From Piedraia hortae CBS 480.64 (taxonomy: Eukaryota), in NCBI GenBank assembly GCA_010093745.1, contig MU005988.1:1-64000 (forward strand): a stretch of 64,000 bases of DNA, in the 5' to 3' direction. Positions 34,038 through 46,600 of the stretch are shown piece by piece. The position numbers and the translations under genes were made by a program. Below the pieces are notes generated by a model, which saw only the letters and a program-made list of their open reading frames with translations, was not told where the DNA came from and did not search any database. Position 1 is the stretch's first letter. Every line of letters begins with the position of its first letter.

Positions 34038-35900
34038 TCAAGCTCGTTCATTGTTGGCTCGCGCTGCGGCAGCCTCTAGCTTATGCTTTTGTTGCGGAGA
34101 TCTCCGCCATAGGTTCAAAGAGTTCATGTATCTCTTTTTCGCGTATGAGGGAAGATCTACCATCAAGGCCAATGCCCTTTCCCTGTCCAATTCAAATTTT
34201 TGATTCCATTTAATCGCTTGGAACACATAATTGGCCACTGTGCTAGTTTTGAGAGGTGGGTCTCGCATGATTGTTGCGGTTTCTTCTAGGCTGAGCTTGC
34301 GGAAATGCCACAAATAATAGGCCCGCAAGTGACTGGGCGCAATTCGGTACCGCATACCCTGGTCTGTCTCCCTGTACTCTTTAGCGAATGACTCTGATGC
34401 TTCCCACATCTCTTTGGCATTGGCGGGAAGACTGGACAGTGTTTCGGACTTAGAGTCACGCTTATTTGTTGCCAATTGTTTCTCTTTGGGCACGAGTGGC
34501 TTCTGCTCCTCCCAGAATGCCGGGCGAGGAGGCCTAGGGTCCATATTTAGTCGCTCCTTTTCCAATGTAGCGTATAACTGAAAGCCGGCATATGCATCAG
34601 ATGCCGCATACTCGCATTGCTGTGCATTTAGACCCACGGACCATTTGCTCACCCTGACATCATCCTTACGCATTGGCAAGCACAAAACAGTCTCTACCTG
34701 GCGCGCCAGGGCGATGGTTTTCCTGCTCATGTCACCCCGCCCGCCTGAGTGCCGTGCAATCTTGTACATATGGCTAAGTTCCATCATGCCCTTCATCTTG
34801 ATGCCTAGCCACCTCTTCACTCGGGTCGAATCAGAGCCGATACTGGACCCTGCTTTTACGACCTGGTCAGTCTCCAGAAGCTCTTTCAATGCTGGTGGAA
34901 TAAGAATATTTTCTCCTTGAGTCGGGAATAACGAAAGATGAAAGAGAGCAATTCGGTCTTCGGAAGCGATCTGAAGCAGACTTATATTTCGCTTAAGAGA
35001 GGCTAAAGTCTTGGATCGGGGCGCATCACAATCCCACTCCATGTCGAATCCCACAATCGGCTCTTTAAAGAATTTTAGTGCCACTTCCTGAGCTTTGGCA
35101 AAATCTTTGCAGTAGTGCACTGAGGGAGACTGATTTGATGGATTTCGATACATCCTGTAAGACCAATACGCCGCAGCCGAGCTTGTGGATGTTTTCGCCG
35201 CAGTCAGAAATTCATCAGGAGGAATCACATAGCTCAAGGAATCGAGCGCAACATCATCCAAAACTGTGTGCTTTTGGTCCTCCAAGGGAATGTCACTTGG
35301 GATCTCTTCCGCCAAAGTATCAGCTTCAATTTCTTCGACAAAAGTATCAATAGCATCCTCTTCATCATATTTGAGTCGCCCAAGCTCATCTTTCGAATCG
35401 GCTTGAAGCCTTTGAGCCGTCGGATGGAAACTCAGACACGGGTACTTGAGTGAAGATGCAAGCACACGGGGACTGGCTGCAGGCCCTTTACGCACATCCA
35501 TATTTTGTATGAAGTCGGGACACTCCAGAGCACTTTGCTGCTCACCGAGGCGTATCACACCTTGTAATGTGGCATCAAAGCCAGGGTCTGATGGTATGGG
35601 ATCATTCCGCCCTACCAAGGGACACTGGCGCTGCTTCGGCTTTGAGAATACAATTCCATCGGACGGAGACCAGATGGATCGCCGAGAGGGAGTGGAGTCA
35701 GCAAAGACAATACCCTTGCTTGGGTGCCAACGGTGATCTATAGGAGCGCCGAACGGTCGATTGGAACTTGTTGAAAGCGATTGCACCATGTAAGAACTTG
35801 CTTTGCCCCCTACTTTACCATGTTTAACAATAGTATTCGAAGGTGCCGTGCGGAAAACTGTCATTAAATGAGGTTGCTTCTGTTCAACTGTTGGCATCAT
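34038..35900 (-). CDS. WRN/EXD2-like DEDDy 3'-5' exonuclease with C-terminal helix-turn-helix-like domain
   Basis: IVGFDMEW, SLLQIASEDRIALFHL, VKAG..IGSD, ELSH, VRVSKWS..L...QCEYAASDAY, then LRAYYLWH..PPLKTSTVANYVFQAI. Start uncertain; the frame is open to 36029. Confidence 0.9.
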   Translation of the reverse strand: MMPTVEQKQPHLMTVFRTAPSNTIVKHGKVGGKASSYMVQSLSTSSNRPFGAPIDHRWHPSKGIVFADSTPSRRSIWSPSDGIVFSKPKQRQCPLVGRNDPIPSDPGFDATLQGVIRLGEQQSALECPDFIQNMDVRKGPAASPRVLASSLKYPCLSFHPTAQRLQADSKDELGRLKYDEEDAIDTFVEEIEADTLAEEIPSDIPLEDQKHTVLDDVALDSLSYVIPPDEFLTAAKTSTSSAAAYWSYRMYRNPSNQSPSVHYCKDFAKAQEVALKFFKEPIVGFDMEWDCDAPRSKTLASLKRNISLLQIASEDRIALFHLSLFPTQGENILIPPALKELLETDQVVKAGSSIGSDSTRVKRWLGIKMKGMMELSHMYKIARHSGGRGDMSRKTIALARQVETVLCLPMRKDDVRVSKWSVGLNAQQCEYAASDAYAGFQLYATLEKERLNMDPRPPRPAFWEEQKPLVPKEKQLATNKRDSKSETLSSLPANAKEMWEASESFAKEYRETDQGMRYRIAPSHLRAYYLWHFRKLSLEETATIMRDPPLKTSTVANYVFQAIKWNQKFELDRERALALMVDLPSYAKKRYMNSLNLWRRSPQQKHKLEAAAARANNERA

Positions 35901-36289
35901 GTTGACAAGCTCGTGAAACGGGTCGGGCCGACCCAGTAACTGTTTGATTCGCAACAAAACAATTTGTTCCACCTGTTTCCGGGAGCATCTTGGAGGTTCA
36001 AATGTGCGTGTTCGACATTCAATATGCAAAAATTTACCCCCGCCGAGGATCGAACTCGGGACCTTATCCGCTCTCTCTCCATCGCAAAGTGTAAGCGATG
36101 TGAAGGATACGTCATACCACTAGACCACAGAGGCCATCTAATAATGAGATGAGTGAGCAATGAAATTATATGGCTAGCGTGGCCAGTTTAATGAAAGTAT
36201 TGATCGGAGACATCTGTACCCGCCGATTCAGTATTCAGTAATGAATATGAAAGTCACAGATGAACAAAGTATCCTTGGATTACGGACGT

Positions 36290-37282
36290 TTAGTCAAACA
36301 AACCGAAGCCCATGTCTCCCTCGGATTCCTCGTCTTCGTCCTCCTGCTTGGCCTCCTCCTTTGGAGCCTCAGCCTGGGCGCCACCAGCCGCAGCCACGGG
36401 AGCCGCCGAGGCATACTTGTCAGGGTTTTGGACGCGGTCTTTGAGCTCCGAGATACCTTCCCATTCATATTCTGGGAGCTCGAGAGCAACGCTGATCGCA
36501 TTCTTGTAGGCATTCACCACACTGTGCATGACGGACGGTAGCGTAGGGAAGTTGACCGCCAACGAGATACTTGCGATCGTAGAAATGGCGGAGCTGAGCG
36601 ATTTCAGCAGCTGGCTCTCCTCCACATCGAGAACGGTGGGGGAGAAGGTCTGTCCGTCATCGTAGATCTGAGCAATGCCCATTCCGTACGTGAAGGGGGA
36701 GATGTTCAACATGTTGAGCAGAGTTGCCTCGGACGGACCGACCTTGGCTCCGGACTCCACAATCTTCAAGTCCGACGTAATTTCAATGGTACCACGGGCG
36801 ATCTTGGTCGGTACACCGAGGGCCTGGAAGAAAGACGTCTTACCAGGTTCCATACCGGTGTTGCCAGCCGGGATCCATACGTCGCCTGGCGCAACGGCAC
36901 CGGCACGCGCTGGGGCCGCCACGCGATTAGACAACAGCTTCGTGCGCGTTTCCTTGAGGTCGGCATTGGTGAAGACAAAGCCAACGTTTCCACGGACGTG
37001 CGGCAACAAACGCTCGTACTCGGGAGCGTCGGCGATGAACGTCTTAAGGGCGCGGCGGACCTTCAACAGTCAGTAACCGCTACTGCCTTGAAGTGCATCT
37101 TCTCTTACCATGGTGTTCTTTCCCATCAAGACCACGCCTTGCCCACGAAGGGCTTGACGGATCTCGTGCATCTGCTGCGACGAGACATTGTCGACGGTGA
37201 CGATGAAAATGGACTTGTATTCTTCGAGCAAGCCCTTGAGCTTGTCGAAATAGCTGGCTTTGGCTGCTGCTTTGCCCCCCAT
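36290..37282 (-). CDS. RPP0: 60S acidic ribosomal protein P0 (uL10); intron 37108-37061
   Basis: [56 protein letters not shown], ending [13 protein letters not shown]. Confidence 0.98.
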
Positions 37283-37667
37283 CGTGTCGATGCGCGAAAG
37301 GATTTTTCAGGCTGGAATGTCGGTGTTGTGGAGAAGCGGGCTGCGAAATTCTGAGGAAGCGTGGTGCGCGCGGGAACAGCCGTGGTGGGGCATGCGACCT
37401 CACCCCATCTTGCAGGCGGCACCATCTCGGAGAGTCGAAACAACTAGCCAATCAATTCGCCTTGGACTTGGTCGGAGAAGGAAAGGCTCGATGCCTATGG
37501 ATCTGCAAGGAAGCCCTGCCAAGCTGATGTGGCTAGCCGGTGGTTCCTGAGGCTGGCAGGGTCGTCAAAGATTGTACTCAAGTAGGCATCACATTATTGG
37601 GTTCTAAGCGAGCCTCCTCTTCGAAGGCCCTAGTAATAAATGAACTACGTCGTTTGCCGGTAAACCC

Positions 37668-39373
37668 TCAATCACTCCTTCGCGAAAAACTCAGAAGCAA
37701 GTCATCCATAGGAAATATAGTGGCAAACACGCGGATCTCTTCGGAACGGGAAGTGATCTCATGATGCCAGTTCAATTCCGAGGCAAGCATATGCAGGAAA
37801 CAGACCAGATTCTGTACAGCATAGGTTTGACCAAGGCAGTAATGAGGCCCCGTGCCGAAAACAAGCCAGTTTTTGCCCTGGTCTTCGGCCGTTCCACTTA
37901 TCCAGCGGTCGGGATTATAGGTATCGGGGTTGGGCTGTTTGAGGAGTTAGCTCAAGACCGAATGAGGTACCATGGTGACTTACATAGGCCTCGGGATCGT
38001 GCAGTGACAGCCACGTAGATGGCACGATCATGGAGCCTTTGGGTGCAACGTAATTATCACCTATTGGGAAGTCCTTCTTTACCAGATATGGAATCATGAG
38101 CACCGGGGGGCGGTAACGGAGGGTTTCTTTGACCACCGCACGAGTGTACTCCATCTTCTCAAGGTCTTCAAGTCGGACCTCCTGGCTTGCATCTGGACGA
38201 ACTCGCTGTCCCTCTTCACGCACCCGAGCAAGCACGTCCGGACGATCGGCTACCACCTGCAGGAGCCAGCTACACGCGCTGGACGTGGCGTCTTGGGACG
38301 CAAACAAGAAGGTAAAAATGGTCATACCGACCTCAAAGTCACTGAAGTTGCGGATCAACATGGCTGGCTTCTCTTCTTCCGCCAACACCTCACCACGGGC
38401 AATGCGGTTACGGTACTCTTCCGACTCAAACATCTGCAAAAGCCAGCGATCCAGAATGCAGACCGGCTTGGCTCCAGCCAGCCTCATACGCACTCGCGCT
38501 TTGGCAGCACAGTTGGCAAAGGCCTCCAACACCATGTCAGCTGCCTTCTTGCCATACCAAGTCTTGGTAAAGGGCAGAATTATGGGGAAATTAACCAACT
38601 CCATGGCAGCCGTGATGTTGTAATAGTCGTCGGCGATCTTGACTACAGCATCGTGGCTCATGTAATGGCCAACAAAGGTGCGGCAGGACACGGCACACAT
38701 GAGCTCGCGCAGTTTGTAAACAAAAGGCCGAGGCTTGCCGCCGGCATCGGCAGTCATCTGCAAAAACTCGTTGAAATACTCGCGATACACTTCCTGCTGA
38801 CCAGGGAGGTAGGTCTCCAACGCTTGGCGAGTAAAGAGGGTGTTGAGACCTTTACGATACTCGACGTGCTCGCGTCCATCCAAAAAGACCCAATTCTGCG
38901 GTCGAAGGAGTTTGTGCGCGACATCGACAACGCAGGGCTTGACGTACGCGGGCGAGTTGAGAACCTTGCGCGCCATGTCACGCGTGGACGCAAGAATGAC
39001 GAACTTATGGAAGACGCTGACGCACGACAGAGGCCCAGACAGCCATTTGCGGTGGTACTTGTCAAACGTCGGCCGCACGCTATCAAAGAATGGTCCAACG
39101 AATGGAATCTTCCACGCATCGCCCGCCAGATGCTGCTTGTGCCGGCGGTAGGACACTAAATAACCAATCAGCTGGTGCAAAAGCGGCAATGAAGAGATGC
39201 GCACCCTGATCGTAAACGACCGCTGCAAGTAAAAGAGTGAACAGAATGCTGAAGACACCGCCGCTCTGCAGAACGCGGCTTACGAGGCCAGGCGCGCCTA
39301 CCAAAACCACAGATGGTGCATCCGAGGGCGTAGAGGCGGAGGAGGCGTTAAAGCCCTCCATGACTGAGGCCAT
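37668..39373 (-). CDS. ERG5: C-22 sterol desaturase, cytochrome P450 CYP61 (2 introns)
   Basis: GPLSCVSVFHKF, YVKPCVVDVA, TFLFASQDAT, KETLRYRPPV, and a last exon with NWLVFGTGPHYCLGQ (heme Cys) and VFATIFPMDD. Confidence 0.97.
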
Positions 39374-39658
39374 GGTATGCCAAACGTCGGGGGGGCCGCA
39401 AGGCGATTTTGACATGGACGCTACTCTATACTCATTTTGGTTAGTCTCGGCTCGCTCCGCTTTGACTTCACCTCGTCTTAACAGTTTACAACAGCTGTCA
39501 GTCACTAACCAACGATCGCAGATGTATGCATGGGAGAGAGCTTTGATCAACGGTTTCATGTTGTCTGTATATAACATTACTCACGCTGATCACAAGGTCA
39601 TCAATCACTGCGCGCCGACCAGGCACCCTTTGACCAGAGCCTTGTTAGTTCCGGGCAC

Positions 39659-41677
39659 TTAGTACTCCAGAAAGACCCTTTCGTTTCTGGCACGGTAAAA
39701 GGCCTCCTTATCCCAGCTCACCGCTGTGTCCAGAGCCTCGGACGGCAGCTCGAAACCTTGCTCTTCCACGATGCGGTCAATATCTTCAATGGTGGCCTTG
39801 TCATCATTTTCCTTGGCCCACATGATGACCTGGGTCATGAGTCCGCGATCGGCTTTGCTGGGATGAACTCTGACGCCATCCGCCATTGCAGCCAAAGGAT
39901 ATAGTCCCAAGGCCTTCTCGCGATGAGCTCGATTCTTCACGTGGCCCACATGGTAGCGACTAGCACCTCTATTTTCGTAGCGGTCATGATCCATGACTTT
40001 GGGGTCCTCCATTCCCTCTTCTTCGAACTCTTTCTTCATCAAAGCATTATTCGTCGACACCTGCTTTCGAAACTTGGCATCCACGCGCTTCACAGCCGCT
40101 TTCGTCAATCTCCCCCTGTGCCACAGGACGAGTTCGGCAATCATGAGATTGTTGAAACCGGAAGAACGCGCACGCAAGTTCAACTCCGCTACGGCCGCGA
40201 GGTGCTGAGGAAAATAGCATATCATCTCACGTATACCGAGCTTGATCGATGGAAGCATGGCCTTGATCGGCGTGGCGTCAAAGATATCCGTGTCCCATGT
40301 CTGTACACGCTCACGGCCACGCTCGTTCTTCCATGTAGCCGGCATGGCAACGTACTCCCTGCCCTTGGCAGGCGTAATATGCTTGCGCATGGCAATGGGC
40401 GGTGTGCCGTTTGCAGCAGCTTCCGCGTCCGATTCTGAGGCAGTGTCGTCTTCATGGTCATCGTCGCCGCCATCAGTCGCACCAGCGGGTTCCTCTTCAT
40501 CAGTCGCAGCACTCGCCTTATCGTGATCAATCGCAGCAACGAATGCATTATCACCCTCGATCACAGAATGACTGCCATTGTCAATTTCTCCCTCGGAGTC
40601 ATCGCTATCGGTCATGCTGCCGAAAGCATTCACGATGATTCTATCCACTACGTCCTCACTCAAGTCCACCTCGTGATGATTCGAGGCCGCCGGGTTGGGC
40701 GAAATGACATTTTCAAAGGGACTTGCGCCGCCATCGTCTAACATTTTGACATTATCGGACATTGGGGTGACAGCCGAAGACGAAAAGCCTGACGCAGCCG
40801 GATCCTCACCGGCGGAGAGGGTCGGAAGCGTGCCCGCGTCAAGATTGGTCTGCATCGCACCTTGTGCTGATTGAGCAGCGACGGTCTGTAGACGCCGCAG
40901 GAGATTAAGTCTATTCGCGCCTGGGGTCGCATGCTGTGCATCTGGCGACTTGGAGGGCGTAGCACTGGTTGGTGCGCAAGTCCTGTTCTCCAAACGCAGG
41001 GCCGATCCCTGGCCCCGCTTGGGTTCTTGCGGCTGACTACCACGATTGACATCACGGGTGGGCCCCGGGCGCTTGTGGCAGCAACATTCGCACCCTTCTT
41101 TTGTGCACCGAGACCCATCATAGGAGCCATGGTCATCTGCCTGCGTATTATTCAGGGTCGGAGTTTTACCATGACGATTCGACTGCTGTGTGTTGGATTG
41201 CACCTGGCCAGCGTCCTTGTCTTGCTGACCGTTGCACTTGGCGCTACCTTGCTTAACGGGTGCAGGCGTCATTGAAAACCCAGCCTGAGATGCCTTGCGA
41301 GCCGGTTGCTCCACAGGCACGCTACGCGAAGGATCCATAGCCGACGGGTTGCGGCGGCGGCCAGTACCAGTGCGCGGATCTAAACCACGCGTAAGATCAT
41401 CGGCTAGCTTGAGACCGGAATCCGTTGCCGCTTGACCTAAGACGGACCCCGTGGCGACGCTGGAATGATTTGCAATACCAGAGGTCTTCCCAGGTCCTGG
41501 AGCCACAATATTGGCCTCGATTATCTCGATACTATTTCTCGAGGTTCTACGGATGCCCTTGGCAGAACCGTTGTCAGCGTTTTTGGCGTCAAGGCTGAGT
41601 TTTGTGCGCTTGGCATTGGGGGTCGTACCGCGGCTTGCATGGTCACGTTTGGCTGATTTACCTTTGCAAGGCGGCAT
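39659..41677 (-). CDS. Hypothetical protein (about 672 aa): disordered N-terminus, acidic tract, globular-looking C-terminal domain
   Basis: Uninterrupted ORF of over 2 kb with first ATG at 41677 (MPPCKGK) and an NLS-like PNAKRTK. No family recognised. Confidence 0.8.
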   Translation of the reverse strand: MPPCKGKSAKRDHASRGTTPNAKRTKLSLDAKNADNGSAKGIRRTSRNSIEIIEANIVAPGPGKTSGIANHSSVATGSVLGQAATDSGLKLADDLTRGLDPRTGTGRRRNPSAMDPSRSVPVEQPARKASQAGFSMTPAPVKQGSAKCNGQQDKDAGQVQSNTQQSNRHGKTPTLNNTQADDHGSYDGSRCTKEGCECCCHKRPGPTRDVNRGSQPQEPKRGQGSALRLENRTCAPTSATPSKSPDAQHATPGANRLNLLRRLQTVAAQSAQGAMQTNLDAGTLPTLSAGEDPAASGFSSSAVTPMSDNVKMLDDGGASPFENVISPNPAASNHHEVDLSEDVVDRIIVNAFGSMTDSDDSEGEIDNGSHSVIEGDNAFVAAIDHDKASAATDEEEPAGATDGGDDDHEDDTASESDAEAAANGTPPIAMRKHITPAKGREYVAMPATWKNERGRERVQTWDTDIFDATPIKAMLPSIKLGIREMICYFPQHLAAVAELNLRARSSGFNNLMIAELVLWHRGRLTKAAVKRVDAKFRKQVSTNNALMKKEFEEEGMEDPKVMDHDRYENRGASRYHVGHVKNRAHREKALGLYPLAAMADGVRVHPSKADRGLMTQVIMWAKENDDKATIEDIDRIVEEQGFELPSEALDTAVSWDKEAFYRARNERVFLEY

Positions 41678-42869
41678 CGTTAAGGTTACTTCGTGTGCGC
41701 GTAAGTGCGAGGTGTTGAAAGAAGAGTGGAGTGGAGGAAGAAGGAACAGAGCAGACAAGCCTGAGAGGGGTGTGAGTGCGTCGTTGCCTGTGAGTGTTAA
41801 TACGCGTGTGCCTGGCAACCGTAACACAATCCTTACACGCGATTCACTACTCGGTGAATTGTTCCCTTTTTGGGACTGGGGGAGTGTTGTTTCCTTGTAA
41901 CGTTGCTATGGTGAAAGACAATAAAAACACACGGGAGAAGCACCTAGGAGAAGCACGCGAGCGCGTCTTCAGATTCTCAGGAAGAACGTCACTCACAGCA
42001 GTAGATATCAAACCTAAGCTCTTGATAGTCATTGTCTCTGGTGGGAAAAGTTCATTTTTCAGGTACTCTAACGTACATTTACCTATTCCTCGTCAAGAGA
42101 TCAGCACACTTGAAAAGATCGCTGTTTATCGCTTCAGTAATATGGCAAATTGAAGAGTATTTACTGCCTCTTGACGGCGTTGGCAGTGGGAACAGGCTTT
42201 CAACACGAGCAGTGCATCAAAATAGATTGCGGTTTTGCCTGTCTTTTGCAATAACTTGAATGCCCATGATGAAGCGCTTACAGCATAATCCATACTTGAA
42301 AAACTCTAGCAACAGCCTAATCTACTTGATACGCCTTCCCCTATCGCTGAATAGCTCTCCACTCAACTTACAAACCTTTCAGGCCGAATACTATGTTCTT
42401 AAGACAAAAAATATGGTACAGTCAACAGTTCATGTTACAAGCGGCCTGTACCCGGTTTTGCTCAATTAATCGACCGTCAATAAAGCTTCCCCAAGTGGTG
42501 TTATAGAGGTGGTTGACCATGGACGCATGCTGCGTGCCATGGCGGAGTAAAGTATGTATCACAAGCCATACAAAGCAAGCACTTTTAAGTTCATCATGCA
42601 CCAGTAAGCTCATTGGAAATGTGTATGAGTAGAACGCGACGGATGATGCCGGCCATAGGCAACGCTTGGAGCGACCACATTTTCGCTACCTTTCACTGCT
42701 TTTTGCTCACAATCCCATCGAATACTAGGCCTTCCATGGCTGTGCTGGGAATCGATCATATGGTGCATCATATTACGTAATCCTGGCGAAATGAAGCGTG
42801 CGTTGGGGTAAATATACACCCCGCATAAGGCGCGCTGGCTCGTGCGCTCCAGCTAGCCCGGTTGGGCTA

Positions 42870-43650
42870 CGCCAAAGAGCCACCACGCACAGTTTAATTG
42901 GATGCGGTCCGACTCAGAATGGGCCTTCGGCACGAGCACTTAGTGCTAGTCCTCCGTAGGCAGAGCTGGCATTCGTTGGGGTACTTCCAGTAAGGAAACA
43001 CAATTATATGCTGGAGAACTGTGCCGCAGAAAGTTTTATACCACGGCAGTAGCCAAGCGTACTGGCATAGAAAGCAATACGATGGCAAAGGCTTTGATGC
43101 CTAACCTTGAAATGTCAAAGAAGCTTGATACGAAGAAACCATCCTTTTGTAATTTTGGAAGGGAAGGAAAGTCCGTGATAGGTCCATGGAAATGGCAAAT
43201 ACATATCAGTCCTTGATTTCGATAACGCGCGCCAGTGGCAACGTTATAAACAATGACAGCGGCATAAACAACATCGCGAACGATGAAATCAATTTGAAAT
43301 TGCCGAGTCTCTGTGCAGGCACCAGTAACACTCAATACCAATCTCCAACTTCGCTGGCGCTTCGAAGGACATTATCGCCGGTTTCAACGAGACCACAGCT
43401 GCCGCCAAGCCCACCGATGGGCCGCATTTTTAACGGCACCTTAAGAGATTGAATGCCTGACTGCGTATTATGTGTGGGATGATATGAAGAACATCTACGA
43501 GTTCATGCTGGAGTACTTAAGTGTGCCGATGAAGCACAAGTGCTTGTCTCCTCTCGGGAATGGCGAGTCTCAGGATCAAATTTTTGTGCCGAAACAGAGT
43601 GCGCTGAAAACAAAAGGGACATGCAGTATTGGTGTTGTCGAGGCCTTACA
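42870..43650 (+). pseudogene. Decayed paralog of the cyclin at 1098-2756
   Basis: YVWDDMKNIYEFMLEYLSVPMKHKC...SALKTKG matches YVWGEVKGIYDFMLEFLRAPIRHHC...WALKTKG. Upstream frames are broken, so the 5' limit is approximate. Confidence 0.75.
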
Positions 43651-46600
43651 GATGCTTGTATGGACGAAACGCTTTTTGCAAATGTTGATGGAATCAGCGG
43701 TCATTCAAAGCAGGGCGCTGGCGTGCAGCTGATCGTTTTGATTCCATAGTAGGAATTTCCCAGCATTGGTGTCTTTTGTGTTCTTATTTCATGCGGAGAA
43801 CGTCAGGGCAGCAGCGCAACAACATGCACTGTGCTGAAAGGAATTCCCGTCATCAAGAGCAAAGCTCATAATGGCCAACGTCTGAGAAGGCGCCAAAAGG
43901 TCGAAATATGGTGAATGATCTTCTCATAGACAATCAAAGTCATCAGTCAGGGCATTGTGTCTCGTGCGCTTCTATGAAGCACCGTTCCTTGATGTCATAA
44001 CGATCAATTCAGGGCATTCGATCACTCTGTCGTGAATCCTTCAGTTTTCACAAACTTGATGTCTTCTCTGGATACTTTCTGCGCTCATTGCTATCTTTTC
44101 TCATGCACCTTCTTCTCGTAACGACCCTGGGCTCTTCTAACGCGTCCCGAGCCAAACCCATCGTCCTGATCTTTCCAATGAAGCCACTCCCTTTACGTTA
44201 AGGCCCAGTGGATCCTTAAGGCATGATCTGCAACACTTGTCAGCATCGAACTTTCGTAGTCCAAAGAGAAGCTCACGGCGATGCAAGCGCCCAAACACGA
44301 AGCCACTGTCGCAATTCAGTCGCCAGTCACCTAGGTCCCGAGCACGGGGTCAAGCATTAGACTGTTGTCCAACATCGAAGCTAACATCCTTGCAAGATAT
44401 GCCACCACTACATTGTATCCACCATGGCGTCTTAGTCAACAAGCATACAGATGATGGTGGATTTCTGAATTATAAACGCGCAAGGCGCTGCTGAGGCGTT
44501 TAGTACGCAAGCCGGGCCGCGCCTTACAGTTGCAGGAAATGAAGTCAGCTCACCTTGTCATGGCTATGCCGCTACGAACATGGGAACCGTATCTTTGATT
44601 GATGGTGGAGGGTCACATGTCTGCCATATGAGGCACCCATATCATGAATGACTTCAGAGCTTCATCAAATTCATGCGATCAACGGGCATCACTCGACCGA
44701 TCTTTTGGCAACCTTCACTTGAAAGGAATCTATAATACTTCTCTACGCTTTCTTCAGAGACTGTCAAAATTCAACATGCCTCACTGACAGGCCAAGCCGC
44801 ATGATGAAGTCTATGAGCATAACGACATTGCGCACTTACTTCGACTCGAGAAGAGATACCTGGCCTGTTCAGCTTGCATTGCAGAGTTGTGGTGAGCCAA
44901 TGCGCCACATAATTGCCCGTATTTTTAGCGCGTCTCAAAAACGTTCTTACGAATTGTCTCGAAGCCAGTCTTTCCATACGATATACGACGTACAGGGATG
45001 GAGTTACATACACTCGAAAGCGTTTTGCAAGGACTATCGAACGATTCTACGTTGATAGTCATGCAATCAATAACGTGTAAGTGACGGTGTCGACGTGCCA
45101 ATAGTCTCACGTTCTGAAACAATTTCTGGGGACACTGTACACTGGCTCTGCAATGATTTGGGGTTGGGCCATATGAGAGCATGAAATTTCTAAGACGGAA
45201 GCTAAAATCAGAAGAGATCAGGTTAGGCCTGAGATGAATACGCTAGCACGCCTGCTAACATATAAAACCCCGTCAAAGCAGGGAAACGGAAACCAACCAC
45301 AGCAGAGTCCCCAATTTAAAAAAGTCGCCAAGGCCATGAATCTGACGGGATTGGAAAGGAATTGCCCCGCTCTGCAAAAGGCACCATAGGCACTGCCGGG
45401 GTTGGATCTGGATTGAAAATCTTGTCGCGCTCTTCGCACATGCCCTAGTCGAAGCAGGGGTCTTTGTATAGGTCTTGGTTATGCTCTGCAGGCGACACTC
45501 ATCTCTTCAGAGGGTACAGCCTCGCGGCGTGGTTTGGGCATTGAATCTAGGTGAGATGGATGCGGGCGTGGAACGCGCCCGACATCTTCATGTTGGCCTC
45601 GACTGTTAAGTTTCCATTGATGAATTCTTCGGATGCGAGCGACCCAAATTCAATGTAAATCTCCTGTAGCGTCAGGAAAGAGGCCTTGTCATTCGCTTGG
45701 GATCGTGGCTTCCTTTGATGATAGTACTTGATGCCGGAGGCGCACTCTCGACCAAGATTGGGAACTCGGACGGCAAATTGACGTAATCATGCGTGATGCG
45801 CCCGCCTTCTCCAATTCTAGTCATTGTAATGGTAATGCCGTTATAGAGCAGGCTCATACGGGGCATGCTGTTGATCATGATGTATCGAAGTGGGAGTGAG
45901 AGTGGTTAAGAGAAAAGATGGGAGGAAATCGTTCAATTTATGTTTGGGGCGGTTCAAGTGACTTGTCTTGGCAACCCCAAAAGACTGAGTGGGCAAAATC
46001 TCTCAACATAAAGGTAATTTCATAACGGCGGCTTCATTACTCGACTCTATTGGAAAACACGACATGTTTGAGACAATGCCCCACTGCCTCAAGTTAAGGA
46101 GTACACAATCATATTAACTTCGACCCCAAATCCCTTACAAGACGGATCATACGATCCTCCACGGGAAATCAGCACTTTAGCCTTCCTAATTCGGCAATAC
46201 ATTCATTCCAGGTATTTATAATTTCCTACAAGGCTTATTCACGTTCTTGGCACCACTCTATACTGGCTTGTCAACCGCCACGACAGGTGGCATGGTCATT
46301 GTATCAATATTTTTTGGTCGCTGTCATAAGTTGTTACGGGCGTTGTGTATTTGAGCCACTGCAAGGCGATTCACACTTGGTATAACGACTTCCAGACTTG
46401 GATAAGCCAGGTGAGACAATGCATTTGGTACACTACAGCTCGTTAGCCCATTCACTAGAGCGTACGTGGGGTACTAGATACCTATCGATCGTTCAAGGCA
46501 ATCAATTACCACGCTTAACACATCACTTCTGGTTACAGGCATCGGAAAGGGTTGGCAGAATCCTCTGCCACTTGACTCCACTGCGCTTCGATCTTGAACC

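Noticed and set aside
38293..39159. 288-aa antisense ORF over ERG5, and similar shadow ORFs over the NRPS-like, chitin synthase and RPP0 genes
   Set aside because: Expected by-product of GC-rich codon usage on the opposite strand, with no domain features.
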